Assembly: GCA_008690995.1 (NCBI GenBank)
Contig: VRMN01000010.1
Coordinates: forward strand, 620,001-684,000
Length of the DNA: 64,000 bases
Direction: 5' to 3'
DNA from: Porphyridium purpureum
Lineage: Eukaryota
A program made the translations under genes and the position numbers. The first letter of the stretch is position 1. Each line of letters opens with the position of its first letter. The notes under the pieces were generated by a model. The model worked only from the letters and a program-made list of their open reading frames with translations. It had not been told where the DNA came from and searched no databases. Positions 51,869-64,000 of the stretch are shown here, piece after piece.

Positions 51869-54437
51869 TCAGCGCGATGGGCGCGCGCGCGTGGGCTCGG
51901 CATGGTCGCCCAGCAGCAGCACAAAGTTCTCGAGCTCGTCGAGCGACACCGTGGCCGCGTCCTTGTCGGGCGGGTTGAGAAGGAACTCGCCGTTGGCCTT
52001 CGAGTACCCGAGGAGGATGGCGCGGTCTAGCAGGAACAGCTCGCTGAGCTGCCGGAAGCTCACGGATTCGCCGGCAAGCTGCGCTTTGAACTCCGGCTCG
52101 ACGCGTTGCATCAGGATGCGGTCGCCCGTGCGCATGTCCAGCAGCTTTTCCCATACGTGACCAATGTCGCCAGATACCGCGTTCTGCGCCAAAATCCAGG
52201 AGACAACGTCCAGCAGTGGGATCACGTGGAATTCAGGGTACAGGAATCGGACCGAACGCGCGACGTCCTCTTCAAAGATCTCTGAAAAGACCTGCCCTGA
52301 GCGTTTCTGCACTTCCTTCCCGACTGAAGCAATGCGATACAGGCTGTTCGAGTCAAACTCGGGAATGTTGAGCCCAATCTTCGAGTTTTCATTCCCCTCG
52401 GTCAGTCCCGTCTCAAACACAAACACACTCGAGTCAAACCAGCGCGTGCCCAACTGTTCAGCAACAAGATTTGCCTGGATGTGTTCGATGCGTTCCATAC
52501 GCACCTTTAAATTATTTAGCTTGAGTCCCCTTTCTTTTAGAGCTGCGTTGAGCTCCTTCTGGCGGAGCTGGGTGTCCTCGGTCGCCAGAAAGGTGACTGT
52601 TGAGCCTTTCGCAGAGCAGCGATCCAACTGCGACAGGGCGTCTGCAAGACCAAGCCGCCAGCCAATAATCAAATACTGCCGCTGTCTCTGCCGCACCACT
52701 TTGTGCAGGTGTGCTCCAATGCGGCGCTCGAGAGGCTCCCAAACTTCCGAAACGCCGGGAGCCTTGGCTTTTTCAAGCACAATGCTCGGCGAGTCCTCGG
52801 CAAGAATCAGCAGACTGTCATTCTGACCGATGACTGTTTCTGTTGCATGAGGGCTCAACAAAATCTGCTTATCTCGGATAATGCCGCAAAGCACGCCGTT
52901 TTGGAAAGTGCGCGCAGCCTCCTTAAAGTTCAAGCCGACAAGGCCAGAGAAATGACTATCAATTGCCCTGTGGTAGAACTCACACCCGTCGAAACTCAAC
53001 AGCTCATACAGCAATTGATCAAAGCCCTGCGGCTCCGCCCAGAACTCGACTGCGACGCGGCCAATTACCTCAACTCCAGAAACGTATTTGACGCGCCCCA
53101 TGTCAACTGAGGCGGAGCCCAGCACCGTCGCTACGTCGCTGTACTTTTGTGAAGACGCTGAGGGGCTCTGAATTACAATGGGGGCTTTGCCGCCACACTC
53201 CCGGACTAAGCACGCAATCTTGAGCGCCTTGCGGTTCCACTCACGCGGATGCGTGAGCTGATCGGTTGGCGGCAGCATCAAAATCGTGCGCGCCTGTGTG
53301 ACATTGATGCGCTGCAGGACATCTCGGTCTTCCGGGTCACCCTGGCGACACAAAAGCCGGACCAGCTTGAAGTCATCCCCGAGCGCATCGCGTAGCCTTG
53401 TTTCAAGCTCGATGCGTGATTTGGAAGTGAGCAGTACCACAGGGATCTCATGCTGATTGCTCCGCACAAAACCGAGTGCCACCTGCCGCACAATTTCATC
53501 CACTGAGCTGTTGTATCCGATAATGACCAGGTGCTTTTCTTCAAGCACACGCGTGAGACCCGCGCCCACGAGCTCAATACGCTGATTGATCGCCTGCCCG
53601 ACGCTCCCAAAGAGCAATGCAAATACGCAATAATGGCTCACAGCCAGAAAAGTGAGCACCATATTAGCATATAGGCCGCGCGTCTCCTCATAGTACGACG
53701 TGTTGCTCAGAACCGACCATGAGTCCCAAAAGCTCTTGACCAAAGTGACACGCCGCGAGTCGGTTGGTGCTTCGCCTGTCTTGCTTGCCTGTTCTTTTTG
53801 GTACGCGCTGTTCCGCGATAGTGCAAAAAAATAGCTGACCATACCAGACACGAGAAGAAGCGCAATGATCAGCACCAAGATCAACAATGATGAATTAGCG
53901 TCCCGCGCCAATGCATTTTCCACCACGTAATCCAGCTTCGTCAGCCTGTCCCAGATCCACTGCAACGCTGATGCCGTGGGCGAAAAGGCATGCCGAAACC
54001 GTCCTAGAGTACGGTTCGACGATGTCGCGCCTTGCGTCCAGACGGAAGGACTCGCATTCGCTGCGAGTCCCATTGAAAGCGATACGGCCAGGGCTTTGCC
54101 AGAGACCGCAGCGCGCCCTGTCCCATTGGGCGATCTCATTGTGCCACATCGAAATGTGTTCGCAATAATGCTCGTCGCAGTCCTGCTCACGCACGCGCAG
54201 TGGCGCGACTGGATCTCATTGACCAACAAAGGATGATATACGACCCACGCCATCTTATCTGCTTCGACTCTCCAGGGCAGACATCCCCAACGCAGCAGCG
54301 TCAACGGTTGCGAGTTTTCCTGGCAAAACAGACATTTTTGAGTGCGAAAAGAACGGAATCTTATTATCTCGCAGATTGTCCTCTCGAAAGGGTTCGAATA
54401 TTCTGAGAGGATGCGTGCGCAACGAGTTCGCGCACTA

Positions 54438-54476
<39 letters not shown>

Positions 54477-54484
54477 TCCAACAT
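51869..54484 (-). CDS. CASTOR/POLLUX/DMI1-like ion channel (true start probably downstream of 54484)
   Basis: TM segments then G.TRVLEEKHLVIIGYN, RQGDP..LQR.NV..ARTIL, YELLSFDGCEFY, LIIGWR, ILLGY..LNPPDK (tandem RCK-like domains). Confidence 0.85.
54438..54475. repeat. (GCT)12 microsatellite
   Basis: Seen directly. Confidence 0.95.
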
Positions 54485-54548
54485 GTCTCGCGGTGTGCTC
54501 TGATTGGATCCCTAAATTGTGCATGTTTGCTTTGTTCCGCTTCATGGA

Positions 54549-56027
54549 TTATGAGCGGCTCCACGCCGCGATGAAGAAGCCATCGACGGCGGCATCGTGC
54601 TCGCTAGGAAGGAGCGTCCAGCTTTTCTGGTACGAGTTGCGGTCTTGTTTCCTGGAGCAGACTGGTGCCCGGGAAAACCCCAATGCGCCTAGAGATTCGT
54701 CCAGCGAATCGGCGACGTCCTCATTTTCCCAAGCAAGCAAGCTGCACGTAGCGTACACGAGCCGTCCACCCCTTTTTACGTAGGGCGCAGCTCGAAGAAC
54801 GATGGAGCGCTGAATCTCCGGCAATCTTTCACGGGCATCGTGCTCTAAAAGCCGATTCCATCGATGGCTGGGATGCCGCCTCAGCGTACCGCTTGCAGAA
54901 CACGGCGCATCTACCAATACACAGTCTACTGCTTCAAGGCGATCCAACTCGCTCTCAGAAAGCACTTGAACAATATCAATTGCGCGGGCGCGACGGGCGT
55001 TGGACACCAGATGCGGCAGCTTTCTCTGATCGATATCCCAGCAGCTAACTTTTCCATATTTGCCAACAGCCGCCGCCAGCGCCAACGCTTTACCGCCAGT
55101 CCCACAACAAATGTCGAGCACATGGTGTCCCGGCTGAGCTTCACACGCATCGGCAACGCATTGCGAGCCCTGGTCCTGCACCTCAAAGGCTCCATCGCTC
55201 CAGCCCGGAAGGCCCCACGCGCCTGTCTGCGGCTTTTCAGGAAAGTAAAGAGCCCACCGTGACAAGGCACAGGCCACAGACGTATATCCAGCGCTCGCGA
55301 ATCTACTTTGCATTTCTTCTCGCGTGGCTGCCACCAAAGAATTCACACGCAGAACAAATGGTCCCGCCTCATTGCAGCACTTTCCGAGTTGGCGTGTCGT
55401 CTCGACACCGTATTGCTTTATCCACTGTGCAACAAGCCAGTCCGGAAGGGAGTAAACAATGGCGATTCTCTCGGATTGCACACTCGGCAAACGCACCTTA
55501 AACTGCTTCTTCACTTGCGCCCACGCTGAAAACTCCGAGCTCTCGCTGTCGTCATCGTAGCTTTCGTTTCTCTCGAGAGTGTGTACAAAATCATACAAGC
55601 TTATAGCGAGCACGCTCCGCAACACAAGATCCAGCTCGCCAACTTGTTGCATGGTCCTGCACTGTGCATGCAATGCATCTGGACGCGAGGTTAAAGCTTC
55701 GATAAGGGCGGCCGTTGTTCGTGTGCACCAGAAGTACACGCTGGATCCAACCACCTGCTCACACAAGTACTGCAGCTGCCAGTCGAATACCACGTACTGG
55801 AAGAAGGCAAACGCAATATGTTTACGCATCGCATTATTGTCCAGCCGTGCGCGCCGCAAGACACGTTTCAAAACCATTTCCGCGTCGACGTGGCGCTCGC
55901 GCTGCCATGTCAGCCACGCCTCCAGCGCAAGTCGGCGCCACCCGCTCGAAGAGAGCTCCTGTGATGCGGGCAAGAGAAGAACACAGCACGCGCAGGCACA
56001 TTCCGTCGATTGATCGTGATCCTTCAT
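54549..56027 (-). CDS. RsmB/NOP2/Sun-family RNA m5C methyltransferase
   Basis: LRVN, VQDQGSQ, VLDICCGTGGK, VLVDAPCSASG, LVYATCSL..ENEDV, DGFFIA. Start uncertain. Confidence 0.9.
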   Translation of the reverse strand: MKDHDQSTECACACCVLLLPASQELSSSGWRRLALEAWLTWQRERHVDAEMVLKRVLRRARLDNNAMRKHIAFAFFQYVVFDWQLQYLCEQVVGSSVYFWCTRTTAALIEALTSRPDALHAQCRTMQQVGELDLVLRSVLAISLYDFVHTLERNESYDDDSESSEFSAWAQVKKQFKVRLPSVQSERIAIVYSLPDWLVAQWIKQYGVETTRQLGKCCNEAGPFVLRVNSLVAATREEMQSRFASAGYTSVACALSRWALYFPEKPQTGAWGLPGWSDGAFEVQDQGSQCVADACEAQPGHHVLDICCGTGGKALALAAAVGKYGKVSCWDIDQRKLPHLVSNARRARAIDIVQVLSESELDRLEAVDCVLVDAPCSASGTLRRHPSHRWNRLLEHDARERLPEIQRSIVLRAAPYVKRGGRLVYATCSLLAWENEDVADSLDESLGALGFSRAPVCSRKQDRNSYQKSWTLLPSEHDAAVDGFFIAAWSRS

Positions 56028-56619
56028 TTCCGGAGCGGACGCCAAATGCAAAATTCCGCCGCAGTTCACCAGATACCAGAAGCGATCAAAGCGTGAACAT
56101 AGGCGCCTTGCAATGTCGGCACATGTCAGAGCTCGCACGCGCAGCTATGTACTTCCTTCCGCGTCGCACTCATATTCGGGCTAGGCGCTCCCACGTAATC
56201 CCCTTCTATTATGCGCAGGCATCGAAGGAACCGGTTAGTGTTTAAGCGGTTCAAGCCTGAACGAAGGTTGAACCGTCACGAGTTGTGAGCATAACGGTCC
56301 AGTGCTTCGAGCGCATGTGCATGCGCAGGCGGCAAAGTCAGTGCCGTCCTCGCAACAGTCAAGTCGCGTAGGGACTGCCTCCGGATAGTATGAGCTGCCT
56401 CGTCGCCGCGTGCGGCACTGGTGCCCATGCAGCTGGAAAAGAGTATAAAGGTGAACATCGCTTGGCTGTCTTCGATTAGGTTGGCTTTCAAGCTAGATCT
56501 GAGTCAAGGACAGGTAGCAAGAAGAGTAAAGTTTGTCGGGTTTGGACGAGTTGCATGAAACACTTTTATCATTCAGTCAAAGAAGTGTCATCGCTTCGGG
56601 TGACCGGTCTCGAGGCGAA

Positions 56620-57900
56620 GGCGGGATGGAAAACTTGCGACAAGCAGTGGCGCCGCGGGCGGCACAGAAGCCGCGAGTGTAGATATTGTGGCTCGATACA
56701 TAGGAAGGGTCGAGGGATGTTATCAAGCTGTAGACGTGGCTGTTGCAGCATAGAAAACGCGGTTTGTAACCCCCCAGGGATGCGGGGCGCGTAAAGGCAA
56801 CAGGGGACACCGCATTAGGAACCGCCGTGGAGACAAAGGTCGTCGGAGTAGGAGCTGCATATCTCCAAAGAAGTGCAATGGTCTGGCGGATTACTTGGCG
56901 GAGGGCTAAAGACGCTCCATCGGCTTGAGCTGCTTTTGTTCGTGAGCTGAAGGATCTGTTCGAGCGTCCAAGCACGACTCGGGCGGCGAATGAAGAGCGG
57001 GTCGCGCTTGAGCAGAAGCGCAGAGTAACACAGTACGTCGATGAGATCCGAATATGCGTCTTTCGTGTTTCTTGTATCACAGACGACAAAGTGCTAAATC
57101 TTACTATTGAAGGTCTGAAGGAGCCTTCGAGTGTGGAAGGGTCACATGCGACGCTATCATATTTGTGCACGCCAAGCGCACAGGGGTACTGCTGGATACT
57201 GCGTTTGAGGATGCGCCACGGAGTGTTCGCTCGAGACGATAGCCCAGCTCCCATGCAGTTGGGCGCTGTCGCAATCTCCAGAGCGTCAGAGGCCGGCGCA
57301 GACGGAACGCCTTAAGTGAAGTGCTGGCGGTGCGGCAGGGTGTGCCACAGGAATGATGACTTTCAGGCAAAAATAAAAGACGAGCCAGCGTCGGGAAAAG
57401 CGGGAGCCATCGCGCCACGCTGGTCAGCCGGACGATGGGGGCCTTTGAGACGGCGGCCAACGCTGGGCAGGAGGTCATGGCGCCGTTCTCTTTGTCATAC
57501 AGTGTCACAATGATGCTGGAGATGATATGTTGAAGCGCTCGCATTCGCTGGCAACGGCGCAAATGCTTCTTTTGCACGGCAGCACGTTACACACATTCTG
57601 CATGCCGTCCGCGATACGAGCCGGCGAGAATAGCGCACGCTCGGGCTTTGGTTTAGCATTCAGCTGGCAAGCGCGTCAACGCTGACCGCCACGGGTGCGC
57701 TGCATATGCAACTGGAAACTCAAGCAGTCCCTCCTTTCGGGACTTTCCGCACAATCCGAATAGTTCCTTTCTTTGTTTCACAGAAATTCAGCTATAATAT
57801 TGCTTTGGAAAGGCCGTTGTTGGAGGCTGTGCTGCAGAAGCCGATTGCGAAAGACGTAAGGCTTGCCTTGGAGTCGTTGGAATTGGGGGACACGCGTGTA
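56620..57900 (+). pseudogene. Decayed Ty3/gypsy gag (plus possible protease remnant)
   Basis: AAYLQRSAMVW..*AAFVRELKDLF..LEQKRRVTQY..EGLK, APMQLG, KCWRCGRVCH with stops. Confidence 0.65.
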
Positions 57901-58202
57901 GCCGCTTGGCATGGACGTATGCATACGCCGAGGACTTCGTCGATCGAGCTGTGCCAGACGGGAAAGCTGTGCGGAGCAACTTCCAAACATTCCGCTAAGC
58001 AAGCCTTTCTGCAGCGACTGGGAGAGCGGCTTTGGTTCGAGGACGAGTACGAAGCGAGCAAGGCTCGGGAGGGAGAAATTTCTTGTCGATTTACAAAAGA
58101 GCAATCTACCCTCTATTGTCCGCCTTTAGCTTTTCAATCGCTTTTCTAATCTTTTTCGTTATTACCTAAAGCCTATTCTGATGGGCACTGTCCCCCTTCA
58201 TA

Positions 58203-59572
58203 CAGTGCATGGGCCCTCGAAATAAAAAAAAACGTCTCAAACAATTAGCACACTTCAAAATTTGTCCATTTTCATAGTAAACCATGGAATTTTAATGTGA
58301 AGACATGTTTTGGAGGGGGAAATAGATTGCTCAAACAAATAGCACATCAGCGTTTTGGCGCGCCGGGCGGCGGCCAGTCAACAAGAAGAGGGCGATTTCG
58401 GGCGGGAGATGGGGCGCGCGGGTGCGTTGACCGAGGCGGAGAAGCGTGGCATCTGGGGATGGCGCGCGGAGGGGCTGAAATTGTCCGATATAGCCACACG
58501 CGCGGATCGGTCCAGAAATGCCGTAAAACGCTTTCTGGACCAGCCCGACGCGACCCCAGGCTACGTCAGCAATCAGAATGCCCGTATATTTACAGAACCC
58601 GCCAAAACGCGCGTTTCGAATAAACTTAGAGCGGCTCCTAGGAGCCCTCTAAAGGCTCTCACAATGCAGGTCAATACCGGCAGGTCCCAAAGGAAGCCGG
58701 TAAGCCGTGAGACAGTGAGGCACAATATGGCCAATAATATGTCCTTTCGGCGTGCCATCGTCAGGGAGCCTCTTTCCCGTGAGAATCGGCTGCGTCGCGT
58801 GGCATTTGCCATGCAAAATCTGAATAAAATTGAGGAGCATAGAAAGATCATCTACACGGATGAAAAGAAGTTCAATTTAGATGGCCTCGATGGGTATTCT
58901 GACCAGTGAGTCCCGACAGGAGAGCTCCCGGATCGAGTCCGCCGTCATACGGGCGGCGGAAGTGTTATGTTTTGGATGGCAATTTCTTCCGCTGGGAAGA
59001 TGGCGCTCCTGAAGACCCCAGCAAGGATCACTTCAGAAAACTATGTGGCCATGCTGGAGTCCTCTCGAGTGGCGACCATCTTCAGTGAAACCCATCCAGA
59101 AGGATGGACATTCATGCAGGACAATGCCCCTGCTCATGCGGCGCGGAATACAAAGTCCTTCGCGCGCGAAGGATGGCATGTAATGGATTGGCCAGCGTAC
59201 TCGCCAGACCTGATCCCGGTGGAGAACGTGTGGAGCATAATGTCGCGCCGAGTTTACGCGGGAAACAGGCAGTATGAGTCTCTTTCAGAGGTGGAGGCTG
59301 AAATCATGAAAGTGTTGGCGTCGGTCACGAACGCAGAGGTTCGGAGCAGTCTGACGGGGTGGAATGCACGTCTACACCGGTGCGTGGACAAGGAGGGCGC
59401 GAACGTCAAGAACTTTTAGTCCTTAGAGCTCCATATAGTCTCTCTTTGTCAAGTGTCCTATTTGTTTGAGCATTCTGTTTCCCCCTCCGAAACATGTCTT
59501 CATAATAAAACTTCATAATTTAGTATGAGATAGGACAAATTTTGCGGTGTCCTATTTGTTTGAGACGCACTT
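58203..59572 (+). mobile_element. Tc1-like element with long (about 120-bp) IR/DR ends
   Basis: Left end 58203-58346 matches the reverse complement of about 59454-59572; CTCAAACAA(A/T)TAG(C/G)ACA occurs twice per end; TA flanks. Confidence 0.85.
58409..59419 (+). pseudogene. Tc1 transposase, broken near 58910
   Basis: MGRAGALTEAEK; IYTDEKKFNLDGLDG; stop and frameshift; FMQDNAPAH..WPAYSPDLIPVENVW. Confidence 0.88.
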
Positions 59573-60293
59573 TAAGTGTGCGGTCCGGTTACCTTTAGGG
59601 TCTAGTTGTGGGGTACTTAACCTCCGCCGCTTTACGGCGGGGATTAGATTTAGAACGAGGGAAGAAGAGGGGATAGGGAGCGTAAAGAGGTTGGATATGG
59701 ACGCTTCGGGTCTGGGACAAATACAGGCGATTGGGGCAACGCCCTTCCTCCTCCGTCCCCAATCCTGACATACAAAATAGCGGGTGAACAGTGTGGCATG
59801 CCCGAAAAGCCAGGGAAGGAGACCGTGAAAGCATCGGCGCAACGTATTGTGCCATGGGGGCGTGCAAGTGCTCGCGAGCCGACGTCTTGAAATTCGAGCG
59901 CCGGACTGCCGAGTGAGCTAAGCGGCAAGCGGCGCAGATCCTGCGCGACTAAACGCGAGAGCGTGAGTGGATCGTGCGCGCGTATGCGGCCAAGGGAAAC
60001 GTGCAGCGCAAGAAGCAGAAGAATGTGCGTCGGGCTGAAATTGTCCGTATTCGACAAGAAACTGTGCATGATGAGTACACTGCACATTAACGGGCTGCAC
60101 CGAGGTCGATACGGTCAGGCAATCTAGTTCGGTGAACAGAATGCCGCGAATTGGTGGATATTACTGATATAAATCTACTTTACGTTTGCCTTTCATGCAA
60201 TTCGCCGGTCGGCCTCCGTGCCCGGTGCAACGCGCAGGCTCTTTGCCTTCGCCGGAGATTCCCTCAATTAAACGAATGGAGCATCGTTTACTT

Positions 60294-63200
60294 CTATATC
60301 TTAAGCCAAAAACCTCTGCCTCTATCTCTCTTGCTTCTCGCGTCTGCCGTGCGCTCCACTCGCCCTTTTATGCTCATCGTCCCCACGGGAAACTGTGCAA
60401 TCCGAAACCGCGTAATCCGAAACCGTGCCACCTGAAACTGTGCCTCTTGAGTTGGAGTGGGTTGTCGAATTCCAGCATTCCCCCTGACACCAACTCCTAC
60501 CTTGAAAACTTTTCTTGCACGCCGGAATATGTCAGTGCTCACGTCCTTCGTCAGAATGTCTGCTATGTTACTTGCTGACGGTGTGAAGTACAGACCGGAG
60601 CCATCGATGTCATCGTATATTTCATTCAGAACCGCAAGCCTTGCCCCGTCATGTCTCTCCAGATGCCTCAGGGCTGTAGAGTAGCCGCGCTTGACCGCAC
60701 TACGCGCGGCCTCGTTGTCGATGAAGGTCGAGGAGCTCGGCTGCTTCCCGAAGAAGCTGCGCACAATGCTTGCGCAAGGAAGAAGTCCCCGCGTTGTCCC
60801 AGCATGTAGAGCAACCAGCTCTGCCTCGGTAGAGCTTGCGGCAGCGCGGCCTTGCCGCTTAGTATTCCAGTCGACAAGCCTGCCCAGCAGGAAAACGCAC
60901 CATCCTCCCGTTGATTTTCGAGTCCGCAGACACCCTGCACAGTCCGAGTCTGTGAACAATAAAAGATCTGGAGTCCCATCACGTAGGTTGCCCTCGAGGC
61001 ACAGCACAGATTCCACGTGATAGTAAAGGTACGCGAGTATTCTCCTCAATCGTGCGTCGGCTTCTTCGTCCCGCTTGTCCGTGAACGTTGCGAGCCTGTG
61101 CACCGCGTAACTGATGTCTGGTCTCGATGTTCTCGCCAGCCATAGCAGCCGGCCTATTGCTTCACCTTGCCAACCTGTGCAAGGTGCTGTCTCCCCGCCA
61201 CTGGCCGCTCCTTCATCAATCAGCTTCTTGATGGTTTCAGTGTCGACGGTGGGAGTCGTGACTTTTCTTGGCTTTGTGCTGAAGCAGTATTCGACGTATC
61301 TCGCTAGTATCAGCTTAGCATAGGTGCTGTTTTCGAGCATGAGTTTGTTGTTTTCAAGGAACAGATTCATTCCGAGGAAACGGGCGGGCACCTCTTTCGT
61401 CGCCGCATTGATGAAGCACACCGGCTTCGTGATGCTGAAGTCCGACCTTAGTTCGTCCAGGACGTCGCAGATTTCTTTCCGCGGCCCTGTGACAATGCCG
61501 TCGGCGACATACAAAGTCAGACTCAACTTATGCCCGTTGATCTCGCGATAAAAAGTGTTCATCTCCGTCTCCATTGCGTTCCATCCTCGCGCCGACATTT
61601 TTCTCATTGCGTCAACTTGATACACGCTGCCAGAAGCCGGCAGACCATACAAAGCCTTCAGGCACGGCACCACTGGTTGGTTCAAAGTCGCCCAATCAAG
61701 ATCCCACGCCTCCCTTGGTAGTATAAGAAAAATTGGCGGGCCAGTGAGACGAGCTCCTAGATATGCTGCCTCGAAATCAAAAATCCCCGCATCGTGATCT
61801 AGTGCCCTTGCCAAAACTAGATTTGATTTCACCGCCAGCAGAGAAGCTGGTGCAACGTATGGAAACTCGAGCTCGTCTTTCACATTTCGCCCAGTGGCGT
61901 CGCGTAAGACACAGCCTTGGGCGACTAGGCGTGCCTTCCATTCGGCTTGCCCGTCGAGTTCAGAATTCTTCAGAGCATGCACAAACTTCACGCGTACGAA
62001 CAAAGCCCCCGGTATCTTTTCGGCCTCTCTCTTTTCCATCACCTGTGTGGGTTCCCAAGTCTTAAATCTCTTGATAGTCTCTAATTCACGATGTCGCGCG
62101 CTTATAGCTTCCTTCGAGGCCAACATGTCGGGGTCGATAACCAACTGCGTCAGGAAGCACAGATCCGCACGATAGCGCGTCGGCATTCGAATATCACGCC
62201 CGCTCCTTGTCGACTTTATGAAAGCAGACGGTGTTTCAGTTTGCCACCCGCGAACTCGATTGCGGACAATGCCCAGAGAATCGTCTTGCGGCGTCGACGG
62301 GGCTGGCACACCTCCGCTTTCCACGGTCGCGATAGAGCTCTCCGTCGAGGCCTCTTCGTCGTCAAGAGGGATATCCTGGTCTTCGTCCTCACAGTCGACT
62401 TGCCCCATCGTTGTCTGCATAGGGTCTCCATTTTCGCTTACAACTCGAACATTTGTACTCACTACTATGCCCTCATTTAATTGCACCCTGTATACATGTG
62501 GTCTTGTTCCATACCCAACGATGCGTCCTGCCTTGCCTTGTGGATCCAACTTTTCCGCTTGCGTGTCCAGCACTATGCACTTCGCACCAAACACGTTCAG
62601 GTGGCTAACATCTGGCCGCCTTCCGAAGAACGCCTGCCACGGAGTGCACGTCAGGTCATCTACAGCTGTCCTGTTGCGCGCATGATTCACAGCCAGAAGA
62701 GCTTCATTCCAAAGTTGTTTTCCCATGCCCGATGCCCGCAAAACTGTTCTTAGTTTTTCGAGCAGGGTCCGGTTCAGCCGTTCCGCACGCCCGTTCATTT
62801 GCGGCGTATACGGTGGCGCAAGCTCGTGCGCAATACCGTTGTCTGCAAACCATTCTTCCATCTTCCTTGACACGAACTCGCCTCCATTGTCGGAACGGAT
62901 GCGTCTCACCTTTCGCCCCGATTGCCTCTCTAAATATTTGAGTGTCCTTGTAAGTACGGCGAAAGACTCATCCTTGTTCTTAATGGGTTGCGCGACAGAA
63001 AGACGCGTGGCATCATCGTATAAAGTGACGAAGTATCTGGATCCATCATGCGCGGGGGGACTTATGGGCCAGCATATGTCAGTGTGGATTAAATCCAAGG
63101 GGGCTTGTGCGCAGGTATCTGTAGCCGGAAAGACACGCCTCGAATGCTTGAAATCAAGACATGCCGTCCAGCTCTCGTGCATGCTCACTTTTTCTCCGAC

Positions 63201-63990
63201 GATTTCAGCGTCCACGCCGTCCACCATACCCAATACCTCTTCCAACATTGACGGGCATGGATGGTAAAATCGTCAGTGCCACAATCAGTGCTGGTCCCCA
63301 CTTATCGAGACTACAAATGCCTTCGGCGTCTCCCTGAACCGATAGACGCAGCCGAGTTTGCTCCTAGGCTCCGTCAACAACATGCGACCTGTTACCAATG
63401 CTGTGCCTTTTTACTCTCTCTCTTCTCTCCTTACCTCTTCTCTCTCCGAGCAAGACCTGACCGGTTGGTCCGGGCAGGCGCGTCGCCTTTTTATACCCTT
63501 ACTTCCACCAGGGACAGCAAGGCGCCAAGAGAAATGACAATGCAAATCATTGGCATTTCTGCGCGCGTCTAGAAGTTTCCGGAACCTCTAGAAGCTTCTA
63601 GAAACGGTTAAACGGTCTACCGATTTAACGGCTTACCGGTTTCGGATTAACCGGACCGTTCTAGGTGACTGGGGTCGAACAGATAACACGACCGCCGTTG
63701 CTTGTTACGCACGCGTCCTCGATGAAGGATACCTTGGCTCCGCTTGCCACAACTTGCCGCACCAAGAGCAGGCTTTCCTCCAAATCTTTCACGTAGCGCC
63801 CTGTCCACGCATACACCCTCTCCGAGGATGACGAACGCTTCCATGCTCGCGGTTGAACGCCTGCCCTCAGCAACGAGAATGTTTCTCTCGCAACGAGCCG
63901 TCCGACAAAGAAGCTCCAGGTTAGGAGTCCTGTGAGACGTTGCGCCGCTATCCAGGATAAAACCGCACCGTCTCGCTTGCTCGTCGAGAC
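60294..63990 (-). pseudogene. Copia pol (PR disrupted; IN-RT-RH open over 60294-63248; RT YVDD changed to YVAD)
   Basis: IHTDIC, IRSDNGGEF, PQMNGRAERLNRTL; KARLVAQG, KALYGL, LYVADG; TDSD..RKST, SSTEAEL, ADILTK. Confidence 0.88.
63390..63688 (-). mobile_element. Solo LTR inserted in copia pol
   Basis: TGTTA...TAACA termini; perfect 5-bp TSD CGACC (63385-63389, 63689-63693); TATAAAA on the minus strand. Confidence 0.9.
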
Positions 63991-64000
63991 GAAAGGCGTC

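Larger units (their letters stand above)
60152..64000 (-). mobile_element. Second Ty1/copia element (defective; continues beyond the window)
   Basis: Putative 3' LTR 60152-60477 after PPT AGGGGGAA; protease ILDSGATSH near 63950; LWH*RFYHP pre-integrase. Confidence 0.88.

Noticed and set aside
54438..54484. Poly-Ala N-terminus of the channel ORF
   Set aside because: It derives from a (GCT)12 microsatellite and is probably 5' UTR or intergenic.
59575..59770. LTR-like segment ending CCTGACA
   Set aside because: No convincing start or TSD on the other side of the Tc1.

Overview
Eukaryotic, GC-rich, intron-poor genomic DNA, probably from a unicellular alga with a plastid. A red alga is my inference from the MAF/AFV-type transit peptides on HemD and a PPR protein, the compact genes and one GTATGT..ACTGAC..CAG intron; the species cannot be determined. 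The window has three blocks. (1) About 1-22 kb is a nest of transposons: a CRE-like LINE remnant, a full-length Ty1/copia element (2131-7917, TSD GTAAG), a Merlin/IS1016-type element (7931-17042) split by a solo LTR and by a Ty3/gypsy chromovirus (8640-16253) whose 3' LTR carries a decayed Tc1, an intact DD34E Tc1 (17326-18874), and a Crypton-like tyrosine-recombinase pseudogene. (2) About 22-56 kb is a gene island: a decayed MLKL-like 4-helix-bundle/kinase/Sel1 gene, GT47, a zinc-ribbon repeat protein, an LSm10-like gene, a ~1760-aa bacterial-type GSDH/Kelch protein, four tandem SYLF genes, WD40, sulfotransferase, PPR, methyltransferase-like, HemD, a CASTOR/POLLUX-like channel and an RsmB/NOP2 methyltransferase. 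(3) About 56-64 kb is a second transposon nest. The most unusual candidate is the copia element. Its gag and pol are in frame and separated by a single UGA-CGG plus a GC-rich hairpin (a readthrough-like signal). It also has no tRNA-type primer-binding site; instead a 12-nt segment is complementary (11/12) to its own LTR, the geometry of self-primed reverse transcription. All calls are by-eye motif recognition; no searches were run.
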